Below are positions 1-8,537 of a stretch of DNA of 53,187 bases, piece by piece. Position 1 is the first letter of the stretch, and every line of letters begins with the position of its first letter. The stretch is from Treponema sp. (lineage in GTDB: Bacteria > Spirochaetota > Spirochaetia > Treponematales > Breznakiellaceae). Under the pieces are notes generated by a model. It saw only the letters and a list, made by a program, of their open reading frames with translations, was not told the origin of the DNA and did no database searches. Location: positions 1 through 53,187 of the forward strand of contig JAITNP010000252.1 in the NCBI GenBank assembly GCA_031290455.1, in the 5' to 3' direction. Both the position numbers and the translations under genes were made by a program.

Positions 1-336
1 TGACCGGACCGGCCGTGAGGATGCCCCTGCAAAAAATACAAGAAAACCTCCCCCTTCTGTCCAATACTTCAAAACAGCTTTCCGCTCTTTTAGGGTATGA
101 AGAAAAGGACTGTTTGTGAAGTTTTGGTCCCAAGAAGAAGAAACCCACGGTTGGGGGCGTGGAAAGGCGCGGTTCGATGTAGGCCATGAAGGGTCTCATA
201 CTGATGCACATATCAGGAGTTTCTGCTTAATCCAGCCCGGATTGTAAAACGAAAACGCAGGCAGAACATGGAGGTGGCGCCCATTGGAAACCCAACCTTC
301 CAGGTGGGCTGTCTGATAGCCAATAGAACCAAAATG

Positions 337-345
337 TGCTATAAT
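337..345 (+). promoter_or_regulatory. extended -10 element (TGcTATAAT) upstream of mod
   Basis: tgctataat at 337-345. It is followed by the SD-like aaggggag (350-357) and the ATG at 362. No good -35 was seen. Confidence 0.35.
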
Positions 346-361
346 CTACAAGGGGAGAACA

Positions 362-2029
362 ATGCCGGTTTTACAGTTCAAGGGCAAAAATACCATTTGG
401 AATCACCATTTAGCCGTTCCGTATCATACACTGGAGCCAGTCGAAAAACTGGACTATAAGCCCCAAAATCATACTGCGGGGAAACCAGCCGGCAACCTCA
501 TAATTGAAGGCGATAATCTTCTGGCACTCAAAGCCCTGCTCCCCCAATACGGAGGCCGGGTAAAATGTATATACATAGACCCCCCGTATAATACGGGAAC
601 GGAAAATTGGGTTTATAACGATAACGTAAATCACCCCATGTTCAAGACGTGGCTGGGACAAACCGTCGGCAAGGATGATCTTACCCGCCATGATAAATGG
701 CTCTGCATGATGACCCCCCGGCTTAAACTATTGCGGGAATTACTGTCTGATGATGGGGCTCTATTCATTTCCATTGATGATAATGAAATTTATTCATTAA
801 TTCAAATAATGGGTGAAATATTCGGACCAAATAATTTTCGTAATATTATTGTCATCCGTCGGGGAATTAAAAGTGTTCAAGCGCAATTTGATACAGTTGA
901 TCGTCTAAATTATGGTTGTGAATACATAGTGGTGTTTACAAAAGACGAAAATTATAAATTCAAGAAGTTCGAAGTAGAATTGGAAAATGGTAAGGAGGGA
1001 GGGTGGAATAACCATTGGAGGGGAACAGACCGGCCAACCATGCGCTATGCTCTATTTGATATTACTCCGGAAAATGGGCAATGGCGTTGGAGCAAGTCAC
1101 GCAGTTTAGTTGCTATTGATAATTATGCCATGATGCTAAAAGAACTAAAAAAGAATGAAGAAACTATTACTCAAGAAGAGATAGACAATTGGTATAAGAA
1201 ATATACGGAAGACAATGGCGAAGATAGTGATCTTTTGAGATTATCCTCAACGGGAAAACCCGAACATTATATACCGCCATCCGACAGCAAATTAGCAAGC
1301 ACCCATTGGAATGATATAAAGCCTAATGGTTCCAGCCAATTAAAATCCCTTTTTGGCAAGAAGGTATTTGATAATCCTAAATCACTAGATTTAGTAAAAA
1401 GATTAATTCAGTTTGGCAGTGATGGTAGTAAAGACTGTTTTATTCTTGACTCTTTCGCCGGCAGCGGTACAACCATGCAGGCGGTTATGGAACTGAATAA
1501 AGAAGATGGCGGCAATCGTACCTGTATCATGATACAAATGACCGAAGCAACCAAAGATGAGCCTAAAAAAAATATCTGCAAAGATATAACCCGCGAAAGA
1601 GTAAAAAGGGCAATAGATAAATATCAGTACCAAGACGGTTTCCAATACTTGAAAGTCGGCATAGCTATTGACGCAGAAACTATGTTATCCGGCAATCTTC
1701 CGGCCTGGAAGCAGCTTGCCGAATATGTTTACTATCTTTGTACCGGGACACACCTTAAAGAAAAGAAAGACTTAGACGAAAAAACGTATTATGTAGGCAG
1801 TTTTGGCAGTAATACGGTCATTTATCTGGTGTATAAAAAAGACATTACCGTCCTTCCAAAAATGGCAATCACCCTTGATTTGGCCAAGACCATGGCAGCG
1901 GCCCATCCTAAAAAGAAACTCATTATTTATGCCCCTGCCTGTTTTCTGGAAGAAACCTTTATGGAAGATAACAAAATTGAATTTGTTGGGATACCCTACA
2001 ACCTCTTCAAAAGGATGGAACCTTCATGA
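362..2029 (+). CDS. mod: Type III restriction-modification DNA methyltransferase (Mod), N6-adenine/N4-cytosine class
   Basis: 555-aa ORF. Catalytic motif IV 'IYIDPPYNTG' precedes the SAM-binding motif I 'DSFAGSGTT', which is the beta-class order typical of Type III Mod. The stop overlaps the res start (ATGA at 2026-2029). Confidence 0.85.
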   Translation: MPVLQFKGKNTIWNHHLAVPYHTLEPVEKLDYKPQNHTAGKPAGNLIIEGDNLLALKALLPQYGGRVKCIYIDPPYNTGTENWVYNDNVNHPMFKTWLGQTVGKDDLTRHDKWLCMMTPRLKLLRELLSDDGALFISIDDNEIYSLIQIMGEIFGPNNFRNIIVIRRGIKSVQAQFDTVDRLNYGCEYIVVFTKDENYKFKKFEVELENGKEGGWNNHWRGTDRPTMRYALFDITPENGQWRWSKSRSLVAIDNYAMMLKELKKNEETITQEEIDNWYKKYTEDNGEDSDLLRLSSTGKPEHYIPPSDSKLASTHWNDIKPNGSSQLKSLFGKKVFDNPKSLDLVKRLIQFGSDGSKDCFILDSFAGSGTTMQAVMELNKEDGGNRTCIMIQMTEATKDEPKKNICKDITRERVKRAIDKYQYQDGFQYLKVGIAIDAETMLSGNLPAWKQLAEYVYYLCTGTHLKEKKDLDEKTYYVGSFGSNTVIYLVYKKDITVLPKMAITLDLAKTMAAAHPKKKLIIYAPACFLEETFMEDNKIEFVGIPYNLFKRMEPS

Positions 2030-4545
2030 TGTATCTCAAACAGTACCAGCAAAAAGTAATTACCGAACTAAAAAATTTTCTCACCACAACTCAAAGAAAG
2101 TACGATGAATGGCTGGAAGCGCCTGAAAAATACCGTTCTAAAATCAACTGGGTAAGCGAAGTCTTTGAAAATACCCATAAGTTTTATAAAGACCCATGCA
2201 GAACCAGCCTTAATGAACCCTATCCCCGAATCGTTATCAAAGTACCCACCGGGGGCGGCAAAACCCTGCTTGGCGTTGAGGCAATCCGGGAATATCAAAA
2301 CATTGTTGCCAATAAACGCACCGGCCTTGTTGTCTGGATTGTTCCCAGCGATACTATTTATACCCAGACCATAGCCAAACTCCGGGATAAATCAAATCCC
2401 CTCCGCCAGTTACTGGATCAATCAAGCGGTAATCATACTCTTATTATAGAAAAAGGACAGAAATTATCCCATCAGGAACTTGAGGAAAATCTTGTGGTTC
2501 TGTTTATTATGATTCAATCGGTCAGTCGCAAAAACGGCAAAGAAGCCCTCAAGGTATTCAAGGATTCTGGCGGTTATGATGATTTTTTCCCTAATGAACA
2601 GCGTTTTGATTTACACCAGGCGCTTGTTGACCAATGTCCCAACCTTGACCTTATAAGTGAAATAGGCCCCATTATAAGTAACAGTCTTGGTAACTTAATT
2701 CGCCTTTCAAAACCTTTCATCATTATTGATGAAATGCACAAGGTTTTTACCGACACCGCACGTACTACCATAGATAACCTTAATCCCGCCTTTGTTTTGG
2801 GTCTTACCGCAACGCCTATAAATACCATGAATATCCTTGTTTCCATTTCCGGTTTGGAATTAAAACAGGAAGAAATGGTCAAACTGGATATGCATATTAT
2901 ACCCCCTGGGAGCAGGCAGGAAAACGATTGGCAATCCATGCTTAAAGAAATAGTTGCACACCGGAATACACTGGAAAAACAGGCGCTTGTCCATAAGCAA
3001 AACACCGGAACGTATATCAGGCCTATAGCCCTTATTCAAGTAGAGCGAACCGGGAAAGATCAGCGCGGCAAAGGTTTTGTCCATAGCCAGGACGTTAAAG
3101 AATATTTGCAAACCCTCAAAATTAATCCAGAAGAAATAGCCATAAAATCCAGTATTCAAAACGATATAGAAGATGTCAATCTCTTTTCCCCTAATTGCGA
3201 AGTCCGGTATATCATAACCAAGGAAGCCCTTCGCGAAGGCTGGGACTGTTCTTTTGCGTATTTTTTGGGTATTATCCCCAATGTCAATTCAAATACCGCC
3301 GTTACCCAACTGGTAGGTCGTATACTCAGGCAGCCTTTCGCACACAAGACAGGTACTAAAGACCTGGACGAAAGTTATGTTTATTTTACCAAAGGGACTA
3401 CCGCAAATATCCTTAAAAGCGTTGATACGGGTTTTAAAAACGAAGGCATGGAAGATATTATTTCCCGAGTGACAGTCGGCAGGAGCGCCGGTGAAACTAA
3501 ACCCAAAGAAGTATATATCAGAAAAGAATTTAAAAAAGATTATGCTTCATCTTTCTATCTCCCTGTATGGGTTGTGGTAAATACCAATAAAAACAACGAT
3601 GAAAAACGTAAATTCTCCTATGACTATGATATAAAGCCTTACCTTGATTATCACGCTTTAGTAGTCGATAAGACTTTTATTGAAGAAATGAAATCTACAT
3701 TTAGTGTTGAAAGAAATGATCGCAAGGCCATTATTGTAGGGCTTACCGGAAAAAGCAAAGTTAAATATATTGGTGAAACCATAGAAATAAATACCATAAA
3801 CGAGATTAATATTGACTATTTGACTCGCCGCTATACGGAGATAGTCGAAAATCCTTTTCTTGCTCGTGAAATAGTAAACAATCATTTAGCTTTATTAAAA
3901 AAATATATCGACGAGAAAGAGCTTTCCCTCAATTTCGGATTTATAGCCGCCTATCTTTGCCAACGGCTTGAAAAATGCAAAGAAGATTGTGAAAATACCC
4001 TGTTTCAAAACTATCTCAAATCTAAAAAATTAGTTCTTGCTGTTTCCAATGATACAGAAATTGGTTTTAAAATTCCCGAAAAGGAAACCATAAATGTGAG
4101 CCGTTTCCCTAATCCCTATAAATACTATCTTTTTGACGATGTAGATATAACCGCCATGAATTCATTTGAACAAACAGTAGGAGAACTTCTTGATAAACAG
4201 GAAAAAATAATTTGGTGGTTTAGAAACAAGGTTAATCGTCAATGGTATTCAATACAGGGCTGGCAGGAAAACAAAATCCGTCCTGATTTTGTAGCCGCAA
4301 AGAAAAACGACAATGGCAAACTGGAACTCGTTTATGTACTTGAGAGTAAAGGCGCTCATCTTATGGGTAACCCCGATACCCGTTACAAACAGGAAGTTTT
4401 TAAAATAATGACAAAACAGCGTAAAGAAAACACTATAGCTCATTACGAGCAAGGCGAATTCGATTTTGGCGCGGTCAATGATCAGGTTGAATATCACATG
4501 GTTGAGCAGGGGAAGGAAAAAGAAGAAGTAGGAAAACGTTTTTAA
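2026..4545 (+). CDS. res: Type III restriction enzyme Res subunit (SF2 helicase plus C-terminal PD-(D/E)xK nuclease)
   Basis: 839-aa ORF with helicase motifs 'VPTGGGKT' (I), 'IIIDEMH' (II) and 'LTATP' (III). A nuclease-like 'IRPDF...VLESKG' lies near the C-terminus. Translationally coupled to mod. Confidence 0.8.
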   Translation: MMYLKQYQQKVITELKNFLTTTQRKYDEWLEAPEKYRSKINWVSEVFENTHKFYKDPCRTSLNEPYPRIVIKVPTGGGKTLLGVEAIREYQNIVANKRTGLVVWIVPSDTIYTQTIAKLRDKSNPLRQLLDQSSGNHTLIIEKGQKLSHQELEENLVVLFIMIQSVSRKNGKEALKVFKDSGGYDDFFPNEQRFDLHQALVDQCPNLDLISEIGPIISNSLGNLIRLSKPFIIIDEMHKVFTDTARTTIDNLNPAFVLGLTATPINTMNILVSISGLELKQEEMVKLDMHIIPPGSRQENDWQSMLKEIVAHRNTLEKQALVHKQNTGTYIRPIALIQVERTGKDQRGKGFVHSQDVKEYLQTLKINPEEIAIKSSIQNDIEDVNLFSPNCEVRYIITKEALREGWDCSFAYFLGIIPNVNSNTAVTQLVGRILRQPFAHKTGTKDLDESYVYFTKGTTANILKSVDTGFKNEGMEDIISRVTVGRSAGETKPKEVYIRKEFKKDYASSFYLPVWVVVNTNKNNDEKRKFSYDYDIKPYLDYHALVVDKTFIEEMKSTFSVERNDRKAIIVGLTGKSKVKYIGETIEINTINEINIDYLTRRYTEIVENPFLAREIVNNHLALLKKYIDEKELSLNFGFIAAYLCQRLEKCKEDCENTLFQNYLKSKKLVLAVSNDTEIGFKIPEKETINVSRFPNPYKYYLFDDVDITAMNSFEQTVGELLDKQEKIIWWFRNKVNRQWYSIQGWQENKIRPDFVAAKKNDNGKLELVYVLESKGAHLMGNPDTRYKQEVFKIMTKQRKENTIAHYEQGEFDFGAVNDQVEYHMVEQGKEKEEVGKRF

Positions 4546-4565
4546 GCTTGACGTTCTATTACTTC

Positions 4566-5703
4566 TTTGCCACAATCTATGCTTGGCGCAACATCATAAA
4601 CTTAAGCCTCAAAAACTGGGTTTTAGGTTGCATTTGTATTTGTTAAAATGGTTCCATTTGCGAGGAGCGCTTTTGGACTTACGGACCGGTACTATGTTTC
4701 GTTCCATGTCCGTCTTCAACCACGCGAACAGCTTATTCTTCCGTTCATCGTCTTCCTCCAACATCAACCGGATAAACTGTTCCTTGAATAACCCTATCGC
4801 GATGTTTTCGTTGATTCTCTTACTTGTAGTGCTTCCCCCTTGCTTTCTTCACAACCTTCCGTTCCGTTTCCCCCTATCAAATTCTCTACCATATTGTAGA
4901 CCAACACCTGGGTACGGAAATCCTGCTCCACATAGATACTCGCGTTCCCCGTCACGCTCTCAAACTTCATCTTGTTCTTCAACGTGTGGTAGCTCTTCTC
5001 TATCCCCCACCGCTTCCGGTACAACTGCTTGAGCTCCCTCGCCCCACACTCAGTCATGTTCGTTATTAAGGCCCCCTCCTCTCCTCCACCACACTTCATT
5101 TTGATGATCCATGTTCGGGTTTTCACTTTCTCCTCAAGCTCCCGCGTCGGTTCTCTATACTTGAGATACTGGAGGCGAATTTTGGTGTGCGCTATCTCCA
5201 CTTCTTCATCTTCCCGCTCGATCTCCCCGCTCCGGTAATCATATCCCTATGTCCAGCATAAATCGGTTGTACAGATCATACACCACACTGACGTTCGCCC
5301 GCGCTACCGCTTTCCCATACTGGTTCTCGTTTTCCCCATACGTCTGCCGGTTCTCCGCCGAGTTCGGTATCTCCGCTCGGCTTCCATCTACCGCCAGTAC
5401 CACATGCCCACCCATGCCAGCTCTCCGCCTCTTCTGCTCCACTATAAAAATTGCACAGGCATTGTTGATTGAGTATCGTAAATACATCCGCCAAGGGCAT
5501 ACTCCGCTGCCTGGTCCATCTGCCCGTATCCCCGCTTATTCGCGCCCATACCTTAATCCATTTGTTCCGGATACTTTGCCTGTAATTCCCTAAATCGCCC
5601 CAGTACTCCTTCTCCCATAAGAGCCCCTTCCCTATATTATCGCTCTTTTTTCTCTGCCACATTTTGCCCGCCCGCAATGCTTTGCTTTATAGTGTGGGCA
5701 AAA
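4566..5703 (-). mobile_element. IS4-family insertion sequence remnant; ends are approximate
   Basis: Encloses the fragmented DDE transposase. Possible imperfect terminal inverted repeats: TTTGCCACAATCTAT (4566-4580) versus the reverse complement of 5685-5703 (TTTTGCCCACACTATAAAG). The match needs gaps, so the ends are tentative. Confidence 0.5.
4609..5677 (-). pseudogene. IS4-family DDE transposase, disrupted by at least 3 frameshifts
   Basis: Homology is split over three minus-strand frames. One frame carries '...VVLAVDGSRAEIP...VSVVYDLYNRFMLDIG' (5239-5487). Another carries '...LYRKRWGIEKSYHTLK...' with the IS4 Y-x2-R-x3-E-x6-K signature (4794-5201). The C-terminal 'NENIAIGLFKEQFIRLMLEEDDERKNKLFAWLK...' is in a further frame and ends at TGA 4609-4611. 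Confidence 0.8.
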
Positions 5704-5748
5704 CATCGTATACAGCCGGAACGTTAAACGAAATGCAGCCAAAATATA

Positions 5749-5777
5749 TTGACATACGATACAATATAAGTTATAGT
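5749..5777 (+). promoter_or_regulatory. sigma70-type promoter TTGACA-17-TATAGT
   Basis: ttgaca at 5749-5754 and tatagt at 5772-5777, with SD taaggag before the ATG at 5807. Confidence 0.5.
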
Positions 5778-5806
5778 AGAATCAATCTTGGTATAAGGAG
5801 TATTAT

Positions 5807-6341
5807 ATGTTTGAAAAAAAATTGAAAATATTAACAAGTGACCGATTTATCCCCCAATTATATTATGCTTCTGAGACAAATATTGCAAAAGGAAATCTGT
5901 ATAAAAGATTTGATATATCAGATGAAATTATTGTGCATAAAAACATCTATGATAAATTGGTTTTATTGATTCCAGTTCTTAAGGGATTAAAGCTAAAATT
6001 AATAGTAACAGATGCATATCGACCGTTAGAAATACATAAATATTTAAACGATAATTGGGAAAAACTTACTGGAAAAAAAGCCTCTCGGTCTCTTGCGTCA
6101 ATAGAGAATGCCCCACATTCACGTTGTACAGTGATTAATGTCGTTTTAGTTGACGAAGATGGCAAGAGAAAATCATTGCCCTCTTCATCAATTAAAATAA
6201 ATCCAGAACAGAGAAACTCAGATTATGTTTTTTCTGATTCACCTGAAGGATATGGAAAAAGAGAAAAATAGAAATTTATTACAGACATTAATGGTTTGTG
6301 TTGGAATTTCTTCAATCAACAGAGAATGAGTTCATTTCTAA
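5807..6341 (+). pseudogene. D-Ala-D-Ala dipeptidase (VanX/DdpX, peptidase M15D)-like pseudogene
   Basis: 'LIVTDAYRP' and a degenerate 'APHSRCTVINV' (family motif SxHSRGxAxD) lie in the 154-aa ORF. Homology continues in the +1 frame after an A-run (about 6255-6268) as 'NRNLLQTLMVCVGISSINRE*VHF*'. TGA (6327-6329) sits where the family has the first Trp of EWWHF. The region is very AT-rich. Confidence 0.6.
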
Positions 6342-6405
6342 TTTCCTAATGCAGAAATGTATTCTGTTATTACTACTGATGATGCTAGAAAAATAAAAAA
6401 AATAC

Positions 6406-6798
6406 CTGCGCATCGTCCTTGACTGGGCAGAGGCTCCTACGGACCTGGACCTGCATCTGGAAAAAGAAGGGGGTGGTGCCAGCGGCTACCACATTTCCTA
6501 CTGGAATATGCACAACGCCTCCGACGGCGCGGTCCTCCTTGACTGGGACGACCGCGACGGCTTCGGCCCGGAAACCATCACGGTGATGGAAACGGACCTG
6601 ACCGCTGTGTACCGCCTGTATGTGATTGACTACACCAACGGCAGCAGCGCCTCCGCCGCCGCCCTTTCCCGTTCCGGCGCGGTGGTGCGGGTGTACAGCC
6701 GCGTCGGCCTGCTCAACACCTTCACGGTGCCGGTAAACCGGCCAGGCACGCGGTGGAACGTGTTCAGGATTGTGAACGGAAGGGGGGAGGGTCTTTGA
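6406..6798 (+). pseudogene. 5'-truncated fragment of a DUF2135/YfaP-like domain protein
   Basis: The frame is open from 6397 and reads 'LRIVLDWAEAPTDLDLHLEKEGG...GFGPETITV...YRLYVIDY...'. No start codon or upstream domain is present. Homology begins exactly at an abrupt AT-rich to GC-rich junction near 6405. Confidence 0.5.
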
Positions 6799-6865
6799 CC
6801 CCGCCTCGAGTAAAGGGGGGTGGGGTAACCGCGCATAGCAGGGGCGCTTTGCGGCAGAAAACCTG

Positions 6866-6895
6866 TTGACAATAAAGAAGAAAGGACAATATACT
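6866..6895 (+). promoter_or_regulatory. sigma70-type promoter TTGACA-18-TATACT upstream of yefM
   Basis: ttgaca at 6866-6871 and tatact at 6890-6895, with SD aaggag at 6902-6907 and ATG at 6916. Confidence 0.5.
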
Positions 6896-6915
6896 GTATT
6901 TAAGGAGCATTAAAT

Positions 6916-7149
6916 ATGGACGCAATTACATTTACTGAATTACAGCAAAATTTAAAGACCTATATGGATAAAGTATTCCAAGCTAAAGATCCATTAATAA
7001 TTACCCGGAGAAACAATGAAAATGTGGTTTTAATTTCTATTAATGAATATAACAGCTTAATAGAGACAAATTACTTATTGTCAAATGAAGCCAATGCGGA
7101 GCATAAGTCAGGCAAAATAAAATCAAGAGAATTATGCGAACATGAATAA
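6916..7149 (+). CDS. yefM: Phd/YefM-family type II antitoxin
   Basis: 77-aa ORF 'MDAITFTELQQNLKTYMDKV...DPLIITRRNNENVVLISINEYNSLIETNYLL'. The stop overlaps the following ATG. Confidence 0.8.
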   Translation: MDAITFTELQQNLKTYMDKVFQAKDPLIITRRNNENVVLISINEYNSLIETNYLLSNEANAEHKSGKIKSRELCEHE

Positions 7150-7201
7150 ACAATTTACTGACGAAGCATGGGCTGACTATCAATATTGGATAGATAAGAC
7201 T
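7142..7201 (+). pseudogene. yoeB: YoeB/Txe toxin remnant (first ~20 codons only)
   Basis: 'MNKQFTDEAWADYQYWIDKT' matches the YoeB N-terminus. Family similarity then stops, and the frame runs into the SD and start of the next gene at 7260. Confidence 0.65.
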
Positions 7202-7259
7202 GTTCCAGAATATGCCTTGGAACAGCCTCGGTTACAAGGAAGTTATAAAGGAGTAATAT

Positions 7260-8345
7260 ATGAAGAAGTTTGTATTGGCAACAGTTTTTCTGTCTGTCCT
7301 GGGTATAACAGCCTTCGCACAGCAGGGTGCTTCGCAGGAGGCTGCGCTGCCTCGGCTTGCGGTGGTGGAATTCAGCACCAATAGCAACACCGAAAAGACC
7401 CAGCGGGATTCGATAACGGTGCGGAACCTGGTGGAAAGCCAGATGGTGGCCACCGGCAAGTACCAGGTCATATCCCGTGCGGAAATAGACTTGCTGCTGA
7501 AAAACCAAAGCATCCAGGTGAGCAGTATTTCCAGCAGCGAAAATATCAAGAAGCTGCAATTACAGAACATCAGCTACATCGTAACCGGGTCCGTGGACGC
7601 CATGGACTCAAGCTATGCGATCACGGTGAAGATCCTGGACGTGTCCACCGGCCGCTTTTCCCACAGCGCCGACGCTTTCATGGGCGGCGACGCCAGCAGC
7701 CTATATACCGGCATCCGGTCTCTGGTAAGCGCGTTTACGGCGGGCATGGATTCCAGCGAAGGGCAGGTGGTGCAGAGGGCAGGGCAGAGCGCCCCGCAGT
7801 CGGCGGCACCACCGGCGAGGCAGAGCGGAGACAGCGGACAAGTATACAAGATAGGGGATTTTGGGCCTGCCGGTGGGCTAGTGTTTTATGATAAAGGGGT
7901 GTTCTCCTACGGCTGGCGCTATTTGGAAGCGGCCCCTGCGGAGACAGAATTTACGGCGCAGTGGGGAGCATGGGGAGCATACCAGCAAACGGTAAGCGGA
8001 ACAGGGACGGCAGCAGTTGGGATCGGTAAGCGGAACACGCAGCTTATAGTAGACCGGTTAAGGCAATCGGGGGAAAGCGGGAGAGCGGCCCAACTCTGCG
8101 TAAGTCTGGATTTTGATGGGTTTAAAGACTGGTTTTTACCCAGCAAGGATGAACTGGATTTGATGTACAAGAATTTAGCGCAGAAGGGCTTAGGCAGTTT
8201 TGGCAGCGGTTGGTACTGGTCCTCGTCGGAGTCCAATGGTTACAACTCGTGGCTTCAGAGGTTCAGCGATGGCAGTCAGGGCTACGCCAACGACCACGGC
8301 AACAAGGATGTTTCGTATTCGGTTCGGTCCGTCCGGGCGTTTTAA
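7260..8345 (+). CDS. secreted protein: LpoB/CsgG-like N-terminal module, Q/A/P-rich linker, C-terminal DUF1566 (Lcl-type C-lectin fold) domain
   Basis: Signal peptide 'MKKFVLATVFLSVLGITAFA'. N-terminal module 'LAVVEFSTNS...GKYQVISRAEIDLLLKNQ...YIVTGSV...ITVKILDVSTG'. C-terminal 'GGLVFYDKG...DWFLPSKDELDLMY...GWYWSSSE...FSDGSQ...K...VRSVRAF'. SD aaaggag lies upstream. Confidence 0.7.
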   Translation: MKKFVLATVFLSVLGITAFAQQGASQEAALPRLAVVEFSTNSNTEKTQRDSITVRNLVESQMVATGKYQVISRAEIDLLLKNQSIQVSSISSSENIKKLQLQNISYIVTGSVDAMDSSYAITVKILDVSTGRFSHSADAFMGGDASSLYTGIRSLVSAFTAGMDSSEGQVVQRAGQSAPQSAAPPARQSGDSGQVYKIGDFGPAGGLVFYDKGVFSYGWRYLEAAPAETEFTAQWGAWGAYQQTVSGTGTAAVGIGKRNTQLIVDRLRQSGESGRAAQLCVSLDFDGFKDWFLPSKDELDLMYKNLAQKGLGSFGSGWYWSSSESNGYNSWLQRFSDGSQGYANDHGNKDVSYSVRSVRAF

Positions 8346-8537
8346 CTATTTAACCCTAGCCGGTACGCCCTCCGGTGCGGTATCCCTTGTTATGGAAAGC
8401 CGTGCCGCCTTGTCTTTATCGGGAATCAGGTTTATTGTAGAAAATATTAAAATAAGTTGAACGCCGTGCCATTGGGTGATGCGTCCAACAAGGTTTTGCG
8501 GAAGGTTTTTACAAAAGGTTTTTTAAAAGGAAGACAA

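Noticed and set aside
161-185. GGCGCGGTTCGATGT, a T-loop-like GGTTCGA motif, considered as a tRNA 3' fragment or integration att site at the island edge.
   Set aside because: There is no complementary T-stem, acceptor stem or CCA context. A single 7-nt motif is not sufficient.
4583-5032. 149-aa plus-strand ORF (also 5029-5238 and 5249-5593).
   Set aside because: It is antisense to the IS4 transposase remnants, whose minus-strand frames carry the DDE/YREK motifs.
6327-6329. TGA at the conserved Trp position of the VanX-like gene, considered as a sign of a TGA=Trp (code 4) donor or recoding.
   Set aside because: The same gene also has a frameshift in an A-run, a TAA two codons later and a mutated metal-binding motif. 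Ordinary pseudogene decay explains everything. All core genes in the window use TGA as a stop.
8457-8537. N-terminal extension of the antitoxin ORF (116-aa version).
   Set aside because: It has a non-ATG start without an SD. ATG 8538 has a well-placed AAAGGAAG and gives a size typical of antitoxins.
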